Positions 37,464 to 50,239 of a DNA stretch of 64,000 nucleotides are shown here, in pieces; positions within the stretch are counted from its first letter, which is position 1; every line of letters begins with the position of its first letter. Under the pieces are notes generated by a model. It made no database searches and was not told where the DNA came from. It saw only the letters and a program-made list of their open reading frames with translations. Origin of the DNA: Octopus sinensis. Its lineage: Eukaryota. The translations under genes were made by a program, and so were the position numbers. The stretch spans positions 363,925 to 427,924 of the forward strand of contig NW_021832611.1 of assembly GCF_006345805.1 (NCBI RefSeq). Reading direction: 5' to 3'.

Positions 37464-38359
37464 GATCTCAAAATATATCTATTAAGAAATTAATTTATAT
37501 ACAATAAAAATCAAATTATTTTAATTTCTGATATTCAAGTTATAAATAAAGTTTATCAATAATCCCATTTTCCTCTTCTAAACTGTTAAGTTGTCAGGGT
37601 TGACTTTCGTAATCAGGACTCCTTTGAGACGTCATGACGGCACACGGCTTGGGTTCGTTTCTTCTTGTAACAGCAATGCTTTTTAACGTTTTCGTCAGTG
37701 ACAAAAATTGCGCATACACATACGTCCTTAGGCTATATTTAATGATTCAGATACTTCAGAAAATGAAGTGTCACAAATTTATTTGTGTAGAACAATTGAC
37801 ATAATCTTCACTTTTGAATGACGTATTTTTAGTTCTTTCTAGAGTAGATCGATTTTTCTTATTTTTTTCAACTCCACTTGTTGTAAAATGTCCACAAAAG
37901 TTACTTAAACGTGAACGAGAAACATGTTACTGATCTTTTAGTCTTAAACAAATAAATCAGGTTTTTATATCGTATTATCGTCTCCGTTTTTATTAAAGTT
38001 TACACTCCTATTTCAAAACATTCATGAGTTAGTACAATTGCACAGAATAAGTCTTAATTCTTTTTTGATCTTTAGACGGAATTCGTAAAAAAAGTAAAAA
38101 TAAAAGCACCTCACAATTTTATTGTGCATCTTGAAATATTATTAGTTTAAGATCTTTCATGAAGAAATTCTTCAATTTTAGCTAGCTGAATTTACTTTAA
38201 ATTTTCGGCTTTTAAAATTGCGACACATAAACAAAAGTGGCATTTCATTTCATTATAAGATAGTCCGTTCATTCACTTGTGAAGAATAGAAAACATAGAC
38301 TTTTCACATGTTATTACAGAGATAGTAGAGTCTAATATATAGAACACGACGGTGAACAA

Positions 38360-38432
38360 GCCCATATGGCGCAACGGTTAGCGCGTGTGGCTGTTAACCA
38401 CAAGGTTCTTGGTTCGAATCCGAGTATGGGCG
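38360..38432 (+). tRNA. tRNA-Asn (GTT)
   Basis: Acceptor stem GCCCATA/TATGGGC, anticodon arm GTGG-CT-GTT-AA-CCAC, T-loop GGTTCGAATCC; 73 nt. Confidence 0.97.
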
Positions 38433-38439
38433 TTTTTTT
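38433..38439 (+). terminator. Pol III oligo-T terminator
   Basis: T7 immediately after the discriminator base. Confidence 0.85.
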
Positions 38440-39949
38440 ATTTACGTATATTTGAATTATTTTTGTTTTTAATTTGATTTGAGTTCCTTTGTTACTTTAT
38501 TTACAAAGTTTTATTTTCTAGTGTGCGTTTTAAAATTATCATGCTGAATTTTTTCTTACCGATGAAACCATTACTTACAGACTCAAATGGAACGGATTTT
38601 ACTTTATTTCGGATATTGCTGTATTTCGATTTTTTTCGAGTTTTAGTAATAGAACATGATTGTCGGACATCTGTTGTAGACAAAGTTAACATGAATTCTG
38701 AAAAGATGTTGGCGCACCTAACGGCCTAGACATGAGATTTTCCCCATGGAAAGAAAACATAGTCATTCTATTTGGAGGTTTTTGATCGCATCTGTTAATT
38801 CCAGTGTGTTTTATGATCAGCGGGGAATTAGTAGAGTCATTTCTACGACATGGTTGCGGGACGCGGGATTCTGCCGGCACTCATGCGGCATGAGAGGTAG
38901 TGCGTTCTGTACATGAACCTAGCAGCCGGATATGGTGACAATTTTTTATCCTAAACCTTTGACAAACACTAATTAGAAAGTAATAATGCCGCTGAAGAGC
39001 CCGAGTAAGCGTCAAGCCAATTAAATGAGTCCGGTTAGAAAAAAGAAGCAAATAATGCCAGTGCAAACTGGTGATCTTACTTCCATAACAAGATGATTAT
39101 TGACCCATTGGTCCAAACCTGTATAAATTGAGATCTTTTCCACCACCCGATACCTGCAAGAACTCTATGACTCTAACACCTCTGGGTATCCCGTAACCCC
39201 AACATCTTTGAAAAAATGTAAAAGAACAAAGGTTATCTGTAGATAAAGAAAAATAAAAAAGGTAATACGGCAAAGATGCGGAGCACAATTTCTCCAGAAT
39301 GGACAGGTAAGCTTGTATGGACCTGACTGTTACCCACGAACTTGATGTTTAAGATCGAGCAAGCGTGTCCAAGATCGCACCGTCAATGGCAAAAAGACAA
39401 TCACCGGCTTGCTAGCACAATGAAGAACAGATAATTTGTAAAACCTGAAACAATTTTGTCAGCGTCGACGCGATTGATGAATCCATTAAGAGTAACATAG
39501 TTGAGGTATTAATAATCTATTAGCAATGATAGACTACGAGCAATGCAATTCACAGAAATTATTATTAAAACACCAAGACCACGGTAAAAACCGAAAAAAC
39601 GTCACGTGATCCCGATGCACTCCCAAATGGCACAAAGTATGGGTCCCAGTGGATCAGTCTGCTAAATTCCAGATACCGAAATGACAATTTGACCAGAAAA
39701 TAAAAGATAACTTAGTAGCCCATACACAGAAAGACGATTGTGAGTAACCCAGGATAACGTTTAGGAGTGATTTTGACCCTGTTGAAAACGTAAAAAAAGT
39801 CAAGCTTCAGGAGAAAGAAAAAATTCGGCGGGTTCGACTTTTTCAAGACGAATATTATGAAAAGGACGAATATAAATTCACACGCTCTTTTGGTCCCCAA
39901 ATCCAATTCTAAACGCATAAATTCCTGACTCAGTTTAAGAAAGACATTG

Positions 39950-40310
39950 GCTGGTAGCCTTCTAAAGACGTTGCAAACTGCGATCGGCCTAATTTACCAT
40001 CAAATTAAGAGCCAGCAGATTAACAGGAAACAAAAGTTGCCTGGCATTAAGTGAATCGAACAGACGAGCAGGTCATTGACGAAAGTAAAATATGTTCGAA
40101 ATTCTAGTTTCAGGCGAAAACAACCCTGGAAATGATTGTTTAAAACCATCGATATTTTTACCATTTTTGATTGCATTTGAATCCAGAGGCAGCTTGCCGT
40201 CACCTGTGCCGACTCTTTCGCCAAGGGAGCTTTGAATTTCATTGCCTGTCGACCCGGTTCTTCAAAACTTGGCCGTCTGTGCACCCATCGCTCCAGAGAT
40301 CTCAGGGAAT
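39950..40310 (-). mobile_element. Unclassified DDE-like transposase remnant (related piece at 12480-12660 on +)
   Basis: Shared stretch GATCTCTGGAGCGATGGGTGCACAGA, readable as LWSDGCTD(GQ..KN). Confidence 0.35.
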
Positions 40311-40399
40311 TTGTTGTTCATTTTAACAAAATGAAGAATTTTTTGTTATTTTTTTGGTGGGAAGGTTTTAGGGACCTCATCGTGTGAGTCGGGGATATC

Positions 40400-41030
40400 G
40401 TAGTTGTTTATTTTAACCAAAATACAGAAAATAATTGTTTGGATAGCGGAAGGTCAGAATCAAAGAGAGATAGCTCGGGATGCATCTTTGATTGTCTTCT
40501 GTCGGAAGATATTAGGGTGAACGAGAACTTGGAAGACGAAGCCTAGAGTTTGTTTTCTATGAACCAATTCTCAACGGAGAATAGTTTCTGTGGAATGTTG
40601 AAAGAAGCAATATTGTAGTCTTCATGTTTTGATGCAATAATAATGTCGTCTGTGAGATAGTGTCAACTTGTTTGAGTCGTTGGCCAAAAAGTCGGGGCAA
40701 ATAAAGGTTGAACAGGGTTCGAGATTGCACAGAACCCTTAGGTACCCAGTTTGGACGACAACGTTGTTTGGAACAAAGGTTTATGCGGGAGACGTAACCC
40801 ATGCGGCCCGTTAAGAATTTTGCAAGGCAGGATAAGTAGTTTAAATTTAGGCGGTCTGAAACCGCATCTAGAGACGCTGTCAAAAGCCTTAAAAATGTCG
40901 ATGAAAGCTAGAAATGTTCGTTTTGGGGGCCTCTTCTCGTTGAACCCGTCCAGAACGAATTGGGAAAGCGTTGTTAATTGAGTAGTTGTTGAATACACTG
41001 TTTTGAAACCATTTTGGAAGTGGGAGGTTG
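40400..41030 (-). mobile_element. Jockey/I-like RT fragment
   Basis: FLAFIDIFKAFDSV, VPKGSV and LFNLY motifs, frameshifted. Confidence 0.7.
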
Positions 41031-41109
41031 GTAAGTGATTGGATAATTAAAAAAAATGAACAATGACGATTTTTTAAATATTATTATAAATTGTTTTGGA
41101 TAAAATTTG

Positions 41110-41780
41110 TTACCGGCTTGTGGACATGAGTGACAGTTTTAATGGGGAAATATTCAAAACTGAAGGACTCCGAGCTTCCGCGCTCTGAAATTGAGTTTAT
41201 TGCCTTTCTTCAGGAGGTTGGAATCTCACCGAAAGAAAAAGAAAAGTTCAAAAAGACATTCGAATACCCTTCAGCGGGAAAATACAACATGGATATACAA
41301 ACAATACATCCGCCCCGTTCTAATCTAAGAAAATCCGAGCTGGGACACCTATCTATCTGAAAGTTTTAGCGGGCGACCTGATCAGTTCAAAACAAGGATA
41401 AGCGGATTATATCCTGGTGTCTGAAATCAACGCTCATTGACCACTTGCACTGTGAAACAAGTTTTCCTTATAAAAAACATCTAAATACAAGAGGAGAACA
41501 ATTCCTATTTTTTTCGCGAAATCATACTACTCTTGCATCGTCCTAAACATGCTAAATGAGAATGTCCGTGCACTGAGAGCGACCGCTAAACAAAACTTCC
41601 GGAAAAAATTCGCTGCTCTTTTCATCTCCCCATCCGCAGAAAACTTTCTGTTTACTCCTCCAAGGTCCTTTGGGACCACCCTTGAAGGCAGTGTCATTTC
41701 TGCTAGCCGGTGGTCTCATACCCAAATGTGAACCGGGGTTATGCAACAACAACTTTCTCAATGAGGATGACAATTGAAAT
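41110..41780. mobile_element. Very decayed Merlin/IS1595-like transposase remnant
   Basis: EFIAFLQEVGISP resembles the Merlin N-terminus and KQKVFCG resembles QWVFG, but the two pieces lie on opposite strands. Confidence 0.3.
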
Positions 41781-42797
41781 TTTTTAAAAATGCTGCTATT
41801 TAAAGCTAGAAAAGTGGGATATTTGAAACTATCTTCCCGCTTTTTTCTACAAAAAATGTGTCTAAATCTCTATACCTGTCTGACTTTATGAATGAAAACC
41901 GTTTAGTTTGTGCTTAGCGATGCAAGCCTACTTTTATTCTAAAAAGTTTTCTGTATTATTTAGCAGTATGGATTTTTATGTGACAGGTATAATTTATAAT
42001 TCAGTTGAAGTCTGTAAACCTTATATGTACAATATTTTGTATAAAATGTTGATCATTTATTTCTGTTTTATGTATCCTCTTCGAGAAAAAAATCAGCATT
42101 AATTTATTTCAATTAATATTTCCTTGGCAACAAATTGACTATGGGATATGAATTTGTTTATTTAAGATTTTCTGCTCTTTCAATTAATTTGATAGTCCTT
42201 ATCGCGGCATTTGTGAATCCAGTAACATTCATATAATTTTTTTGAGAATCCCTATATCTCTACTCGATTTCCGTTGCAAGTCATTTTTTGTGGGAATAAA
42301 ATTAGTACAAAAAAGTTTAATTATTATTTTGTTTAAACTTAGTATCGAAATTGCATTAGGGTTGGCAATATTCTTCAATTGTTTTGAATTATTTGGGCAT
42401 TTTATTGGAGCCTCCACTTTTTCGTCAACATTGACAGTCATATGTATAAATTATGTTTTAAAATATCCATAGCGACTTTAAGCCATTTTTTGAGCGCAAT
42501 ATCGCTGAGTATTTTTAATTTGTTTTCGTTTTCATGTTATACATATTGGTTTATTTTCGGGTTTTGTTCTGCACCTACTGCTATTTTCGAATTTATCTTA
42601 TTTTTTCAATTTATTTCTAAAGAATTTTTTTTGTAATAAATATTTCGAATTTAAAAACGGTTGTAAAGAATATTAAAGATATTATGAAATATTTTTGACG
42701 ATTATTAACAGTGTAAAAGACTCACTATAAATCTCACTAAATAAATTATGTCAGATTTTTTATTAAAATATTAATGAATTTTAAAGAAACTTTATGT

Positions 42798-43747
42798 CTA
42801 TAAAGGAACGCAATCCATAGTCTTTGAGTCAGCCTTTGTATACCACTCAGTCCAAGATCCATCAAAAAGTCTAAAGTTTTCGATTCCAAAAGCAAGCTTA
42901 AGTGCGAAAGGCAGCATACATGCAGTGACGCCTTAAGGTTATAAGATCTATAATAGTTACCTGTTGAACACATATAGTAAAATGGTTCTGTAGGCCGAAT
43001 CCCATTAATATGGAATGTCTCTTTGATTTCTTCTTTAGTCTTCATTTTATTAGTTTCTGGATTGATAAATTCATTGAAAGGTATATTAATTGATCCTTTA
43101 ATATGACCAGGTTTTATTCCTAAGAGAGTTTGCAATATAATATATGAAACCAATCACAGATTCTTCGTCTAATCCAATAAATCGTCCTTTCGGGCGAGCA
43201 TCTACCATTTTAAGTTCTAAATTTTCAAATTGTTCCAGAATATGCTCAAATGTCAAAAAATGTGAACGTTGATTAACTTCAAATATCCCTTGTTTATTTT
43301 TTTCCGTTGGTGAAGAGTCAGTAACAGGGAATCCACTTCTTATCCAGGCTGGAAGACCACCATCGAGAATAGAAATATTATCGTGACCAAAGAATTGAAA
43401 CATGAACCAAACTCGAGGGGCTGAGTATATTCCGTAATTACTATTATCATAGCATATTATATGATTTGAGTTGGATATTCCTAATTTCTCAACATATTCA
43501 GAAAATTCATTAGCAGATGGCATCATATGTGCATATTCAGAAAATTTATCAGCACATTGGTCAATATCAAAAAATAAAGCATTTTCAATGCGGTTAATAA
43601 GATATTCCTTGTATATAAATATACTTATACCTCAAAAGGGTTCCGATTTGCAGTTTGTGGATGATATGAACAGTCTAGAATTATACTATCGGAATATTTA
43701 TTAAGATTTTGGTGTAAATATTCTGCTGAAAATAAAATTGGATTCAT
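42798..43747 (-). CDS. MPST: Two-domain sulfurtransferase (3-mercaptopyruvate sulfurtransferase/rhodanese), 4 exons (introns 23, 31, 29 nt)
   Basis: ALFFDID, YSAPRVWFMF, ILDGGLPAW, VDARP.GRF, GHIKGSINIPF, active loop CSTGVTA (spans an intron), LFDGSWTEW. Confidence 0.88.
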
Positions 43748-43775
43748 CACTAGCTTTTATTTTTTATTTAAAGTA

Positions 43776-45712
43776 CAGTAAAACCTCTCGAATCCGCCGA
43801 TTTTGGGACCGACCAAAAAATCGGCGGATTCGAGAAATCGGCGGATTCGAGAGGCAATTTAAATAATATTTTATAGTTGAAATATGAACTTACAATATAG
43901 ATTAAGTATTTCTTTTTATATACAAATGACTGAATACATAAAATTATTTATATTCAAAAAAATCAGAAATTTTATTTTTTAATTGATTTTCTTAACATTT
44001 CCCCAATTCGCATAATATTTTCATGATCATCTATATCTGCATTTACCTGAGAAGCATAAGTTTTAATAATCTCTAGAGCTCTGAAGGCTTCTGAGAGATC
44101 AACTTTTTTTTCATTTGATTCCTCTTCAATAATTGTTTCCTAAGTATAATTATTAAATAAAATCACTAACTGATTGAACTTTTTTTGACTGTAATGTACC
44201 AGCTTGTTCAGATTTGTTTAAAAATTCGATTAGCTCTTCATTTTCAGTATATCCGTAATCAACAAATTCACTATAAGATATTGGATCGTCAATTTGAAAT
44301 TTCTTTATTATTTCTTCATAATTATTTTCGTAGTTCTTAGATTCACTGTTGATTGTGATTGTTTCACATTTTATCCATTGTGCATGACGGAAACAATTTT
44401 TGATGGTCGTAGGAGTAACTTTATTCCAAGCGAAGAATGTTAATGTCGCAGCAGTTTTAAGGGTGATTCCATTAATTGCATTCTGACAATTTTCCCCTGC
44501 CTCGACCTTTTCGATTATATCATTTATTTTCAAATTGGTAAATTCGGCTTTAAAGCATTTTATAATTCCTTGATCCATTGGTTGCAAGAGCGAGGATGTT
44601 CTAGAAGGCAAAAAAAGAATTTCAATTGAGTTTAACGTGACAATAATTTGATGAGATGGACATTGATCTATTACAAGTAGAATTTTTCTTTTTTTCTTTG
44701 CAAGTTCACAATCAAAATCACTGAGCCACTTGTTAAAAATTTCACGGTTCATCCATGCCTTATTGGAATGGGTGTAGGTAACATATTTTCCAATGTTGAA
44801 ATTTTTAAAACACCTTGGACTTTTGAATCTTCCTATCATCACAGGCCTTCTTTTATCGGAACCAGAACAATTTGCGCATAAGAGTAACGAAAATCGATCC
44901 TTCGACAACTTTATTCCAGGCCGTGATTTGGTGCACACACTTTTGGAAGGAATCGCCTTGTAAAAAACACCAGTTTCATCTGCATTATAAACATTGTCCA
45001 ATCCATATTGTTCAATTTTTAAACTCATTGTTTCATTAAAATCAGTAATAGATTTTTCATCATGATTTACTGATCCACTGTCTCCGTGAAATTTTCTTAA
45101 CTTGATACCATTTCGTAATTTAAACTTTTCTAGCCACCCACGACTTGCTTTAAATTCTGGAAAATTTTTTCCAAATTTAAGAGCTTTTGCAATTAACATC
45201 GAATCTGATAGAATTGCTCCGCTAGATTCCACTAAGTTAATCCATGTTATCATCGCTACATCAATTTCATTAAATTTGAGTTTTGGAATTCTCGTTATGT
45301 TTAATTTTTTGATGTCAGTCCTATTCAAAAGGTCCGATTTTGATTTAAGGTCGTTTATAGTTCTCGGAGAAATTTTCTTTTTTAACCGTGAAGAAAAAAT
45401 CCTGGAAATTTGAGGTGCAGAAACGAATGGGTTGTCAGAAATATAACGTAGTATAGAAATTTTTTCGTTGATAGAAAGTCTAACACAGCGACGCATCACA
45501 AAAATACAATTTAACGTGTAATGAGAATTTTAAAATGTTAATTAATTTAACTTACAATTAGATAAAAAATTATTTTTCATAATACTTGAGGAGCGGATTC
45601 GAGAAACAAGCGGATTCAAGAATCATTCATAGGAAATTTCAAATTTTGATTAAAACAAGCGGATTCGAGAAGCGGCGGATTCGAGAAGCAGCGGATTCGA
45701 GAGGTTTCACTG
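43776..45712 (-). mobile_element. Full-length Tigger/pogo transposon, 1937 bp
   Basis: TIR CAGT(A/G)AAACCTCTCGAATCCGC, TA on both sides, and repeated GCGGATTCGAGA subterminal motifs. Confidence 0.95.
43972..45496 (-). CDS. Tigger transposase (CENP-B HTH + DDE), about 497 aa if the 31-nt intron 44140-44170 is spliced
   Basis: SRGWLEKFK, YNADETG, IDQCPSH, QPMDQGII with no internal stop. Exon 2 reads ETIIEEES..EAFRALEIIKTY..LRKSIKK*. Confidence 0.85.
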
Positions 45713-45779
45713 TATATCTTAATTCAAATTTATATATTAACTATTTAAATATTTAAATATGAGAAAGTAAAGTTACTGA

Positions 45780-46405
45780 CGAGATATGGAGGAAATCAAG
45801 AAAAGTCGGGTCACTGCTTGGTGACTGGGAAGATGTCCAACGGAGAAAAATACTGCCAACATTAGCACTGAAGAGGCTTAAATCGACATGACTAAGCTAC
45901 ACGCATCTCTCAAATCCCGTAAAATTACATTTGTACAATGCTTTCATCATGCCCATTTTACTATGCAACTCAGAAACATGGGAACTGAATCAGAAATGTG
46001 TAGAAAATCTCAATGCTTTTCACAGAAAACAATTCAGGTCATTGCTGAAAATACACTATCCAATTATCCTCCGTTTTCAAAACAGAACAATTAGATGCAA
46101 CTATCACTAAGAGCCGATGGGGACTCTTTGGGCACATACTACGGATGGATTCCGCAGTTCCTGCCAATGACATTATGGAAACATACTTTCAATGCTCTGA
46201 AATTTTTCGAGGCAGGCCACGGACAACACTACCACTAATCTTAAATAACGACCTTAAGCATGTCGGATTGCTACTAGAAAATACAGACGATCTAGAAAGC
46301 CTCCGAAAAATCGAAATCTCAAGAAGAGTGTGGAGGTGTCTAACAGACAAAATTTTACAGAGTGTGGCACGAGCGACGAGAAGATTGTAACTTTCTTGTT
46401 GTTGC
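45780..46405 (+). mobile_element. RTE-like LINE 3' fragment ending in TTCTTGTTGTTG
   Basis: FGHT..IFRGRPRTTLP..DL..W C-terminal RTE pattern and a short (TTG)n tail near 46396. Confidence 0.7.
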
Positions 46406-46699
46406 GGATGTGCAATTAATAAATAATAATAACATGATTTAATAACATAAGGGTTGGAATTCAGCCTGGCCTTTATTAATGACCTCACTAGGAAGAAATT
46501 TTCCTGGAAGAGCAAACCAGGCAAATTATTGTGTCTCTCGCAAAGAATTTCCATTGCTGTTATATACGAAAATAGCTTATGACATCTTTAATGCAGAAAT
46601 ACATCATCTGAGGTGGGGAATGAATACGCATCTTTTTGTTTATCTGATTGCCACATTTTAATAAATAAATTGTAAATATTCAAAATACCTTACTCTAAA

Positions 46700-49400
46700 G
46701 ACACGGACATGGTTTTTAAACGCCACTAAACATTCTCAGTCAAAAACCGTATGATTTCCAGATGGTTTCAAGAAGTGCAATTTTAATGTTGAAATAGTCG
46801 GAAATATTTTAGCCTCCCAAACCATTTTAATTTTTTAAATTTTTTACTAATTTTAAGAGGGTTTTATAATTTATTGCTTAAAAGTTGAAACTGTTATGTT
46901 CTGTCATTTAACAAATGTTTATTGTCGATTTTTTTTGAATGTAAGAAGCTCAAGTAATTATTAAAAGAGAAGTCAAGCAAATTGTGTGATTTTTTATAAT
47001 TCTATGAATATTATGTCAATTAAAAATACATTTTCCGATGACGCCTTTAATTCTTTAATAATTATAGATATTGTATCTTTACAAAGTTTTTCAAAATTTT
47101 TAGACTATTTGTAATATTTTAAATATACTTGTTCGTTATCCGAGCTATGTTTGATAGTGGCAATTAAATCAATAGACATTCTTAGTAATATTGTCTCTTC
47201 TTCATTAAAGGAATTTTTTAGACGCTTTTTTGTATCCTTAAAATTTAACTTCATATTATAAAACTATTAAAATCTGAGCCAGATCATTCTCAGCTGTTAT
47301 TATTGGAAAAGTAATGAAATATCTCGTTTCAAAAAGATCCCTTTCCGAGTAATTTGGTCTATTATCTTTTTCATTAATAAACTCGAGGTAGCATAAATAC
47401 TAAGAATATAATAGGGTCATATACAATGAAATTAGCATAATAGAAACTAGATATTGATCTATTTTTGATTGAAATATTCTCATAATTTGGAAAATCATTT
47501 GTTTGTTGGTCTATATATAAGTATTGAAAAATTATACTCTTATAAGTGTAATAAAAGTGTAACTGGTACTCCAGACAAGACTTTTTATAATACACTAGGT
47601 TAGCAAGAACCCTAAATGAAATATATACGATATAAAGAACCAAAAAAGGTGTTGATATTGAATTACATCAGAAAATATTTTTAATTTTTCTCCAGTCCGA
47701 AGTAAGTATAACGATAGTTTTGTGTGAAGTATCTCTTGTTGAATAACTGCAGGATAACTTAGTTCAGAGCCGATTTCCAGTTCGTTAATGACTGTCGAAT
47801 ATAAATGGGTAAATTTTACTGCCGTCTATTTAATTAACATTTTAAAATATAAGAACCCTTCTTAATTTAATTCTAACTTCAATAATAAGCTCTCTCAGTT
47901 TGTGAAAACAGTCAATCGGAGTTCTAAAAACGATTTTAACTGCTTTCTCCATGTAATTGGTTAATTTGTGATTAAAAGATTTTAAAACAATTTGAATAGT
48001 GTTATTAAGATCAACACTATATATTTTGTACTGAATAAATACTTAATTTTCAAAATTGCAGGAACAGACGTGCAATTTGAATAAAAAAGCATTTTGTATA
48101 AGTTTTCATAACCATTCATAATTGGAAACAAATGAAGATATCTAATTTTTACTCAGAAAAAATACTTGAAAGTCATATAAGCCATTATTATAAATGATGT
48201 TTGATTTTTGATGAGAAAATGATCAGCATAATCCTTAATTCATAACTGTGACGAGATTACCATCAATGTGTCGAAATTAGTAATGTCTATCATTACTTCG
48301 TGACTCATTAATAAATGAAAAAATTTTTGAAAGACCGTATAACCCTTTTTTCGTGATTCATGTGTATACAAATGATATCTTTCAGTGCAATTTTTAATTT
48401 TGACTTTAAATCCAAATTCTTTCATCAAAATTCCAGAAATTCCTTTTTCAATTGATTCTAAAACCATTTTAATTTTCACGGTAATCTCATTAAAATGCTC
48501 ATAATCACCAATGTAGTATGAAAACTGTAAATATTATAATTAAATAACATCTATCCGAAGTTTAACAAGTAGATTCAAAATCAAATAAACAAGCAGCAAT
48601 CTATTGCTTATTAACATCTTAAAAATTATATTTAAGTTATTACCTTGTTTGCACAATCTTTAATTTTTAATTCTAATCCCAAAAGTATTTCATTTGGATT
48701 TGTATCAATTCTAAAGTTTGCATATTTGAATATTTTTTCAAATTCATCCTAAATAAATTATACATTTGTGAATGCTTTAGAATATGTTTTGCTCTCTAGA
48801 ACTACGATAAACATAAAATGTGCTATTTTTATAATTCCAAGACAAAAGAGTTGTAAAACCGAATCCTGAATTTTTTCTATTTCTTGAATGTAAACAATTG
48901 AATATAATGTGTCAAAAAAATCATGCCCGTTCATCCAATTCGCCTTATTTGTAGTATAATATGCCAATATACCAATTGGCAAAATATTTCATCCATAATT
49001 CCAAGATAGTCTTCTAATTTTACCTTACTGACTGACATTCAAAATATTAATTTGAAATTTGAAATATTTTTCATTTTATATTACCGATTACATAATCTTA
49101 TTTGTTAATTATTTTTACACTTCTATTGTTTTGAAATTCATTTTTATAGTCTCACATAAATCAAGCTGATCCGCTTTATGGTGAATAAATCAAAAGGCGC
49201 TAACAGTTGAGAAAGTTATTTAAAATTATGAAGACCTACATTGGTGAAAGCGATTTACTTTGAATGGTAATAATCTCTTGCATCTAATTTTTTAAACACT
49301 TCGTCAGGAATAAGTTGGCTCTGTCATGTTTTTTTCAGTAATCGTCCTTGTCTATACTGGAAGCATTTTACTCAAAAAAAATTTGGAATAAAGAATTAAT
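46700..49400 (-). other. Probable unidentified AT-rich multi-exon gene, head-to-head with ITPA
   Basis: Several minus-strand ORF pieces (47374-47643, 48240-48479, 48758-48982) separated by short GT-AG-like gaps. No motif recognised. Confidence 0.35.
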
Positions 49401-49658
49401 TATTTTCTCATTTTTTTAAATTTAATTGGAAAATTTTTATATTGATTATATGCATTTTTAATTTTATACAATTACTCACCCATATATCAAAATTATACGG
49501 TATGAAATTGTTAGTTTTTTTAACCTTTTGTTATGAGACTTTTTGATAAAAACATTTATTAATTTAAATTTGAATATAAGTGTAGAACCAAATGGATATA
49601 AAAATATGATTAAACAATACTTTAAATAATAAAAAAATTTAAACGTTAAACAGTATCG

Positions 49659-50239
49659 ATGTTAACTTTTGTTACCGGAAATCTAAACAAGCTCAAAGAA
49701 CTAAAATCAATGTTAGGAAACCAACTTATCGACAAAGTATACAAAATTTTATATTCATATTAAAGGTTATATCAGAAAATATTGATCTCCCAGAATACCA
49801 GGGGACTCCTGAAGATATCGCCACTTTGAAAATCAAAAAAGCTTTCAAAATCCTAAAGAGACCTGTCTTATGTGAAGACACTAGTCTAGCATTTCATGCC
49901 TTGGGCGGGATGCCGGGACCATACGTTAAATGGTTTTTGGATAAAATTGGCCCTGCTGGATTATTTAAACTTTTGGAAGGATTCGAATCTAAAAAAGCAA
50001 CCGCTTCCACAATATTTGCATTTTACGACGGGAACGATATCCGATTATTTAGAGGAGACGTTGAAGGAGAGATAGTCGAACCGAGAGGAAGTAGTAGCTT
50101 TGGGTGGGATCCATGTTTCCAGCCATTATGTAGCGACAAAACATATGGAGAGATGACTGTTTTAGAGAAACAAGCCGTTTCTCATAGATCTGCTGCCTTC
50201 AACAAATTAAAGCCATTTCTAAATGACTTTCTGTTATAA
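49659..50239 (+). CDS. ITPA: Inosine triphosphate pyrophosphatase (HAM1 family), 2 exons (29-nt intron)
   Basis: TFVTGNLNKLKE, IDLPEYQG, LCEDTSL, GMPGPYVKWF, FGWDP, SHRSAA. Confidence 0.96.

Noticed and set aside
38500-39500. rRNA fragment or mitochondrial insert
   Set aside because: No conserved rRNA signature was seen, and no frame is rescued by mitochondrial codes.
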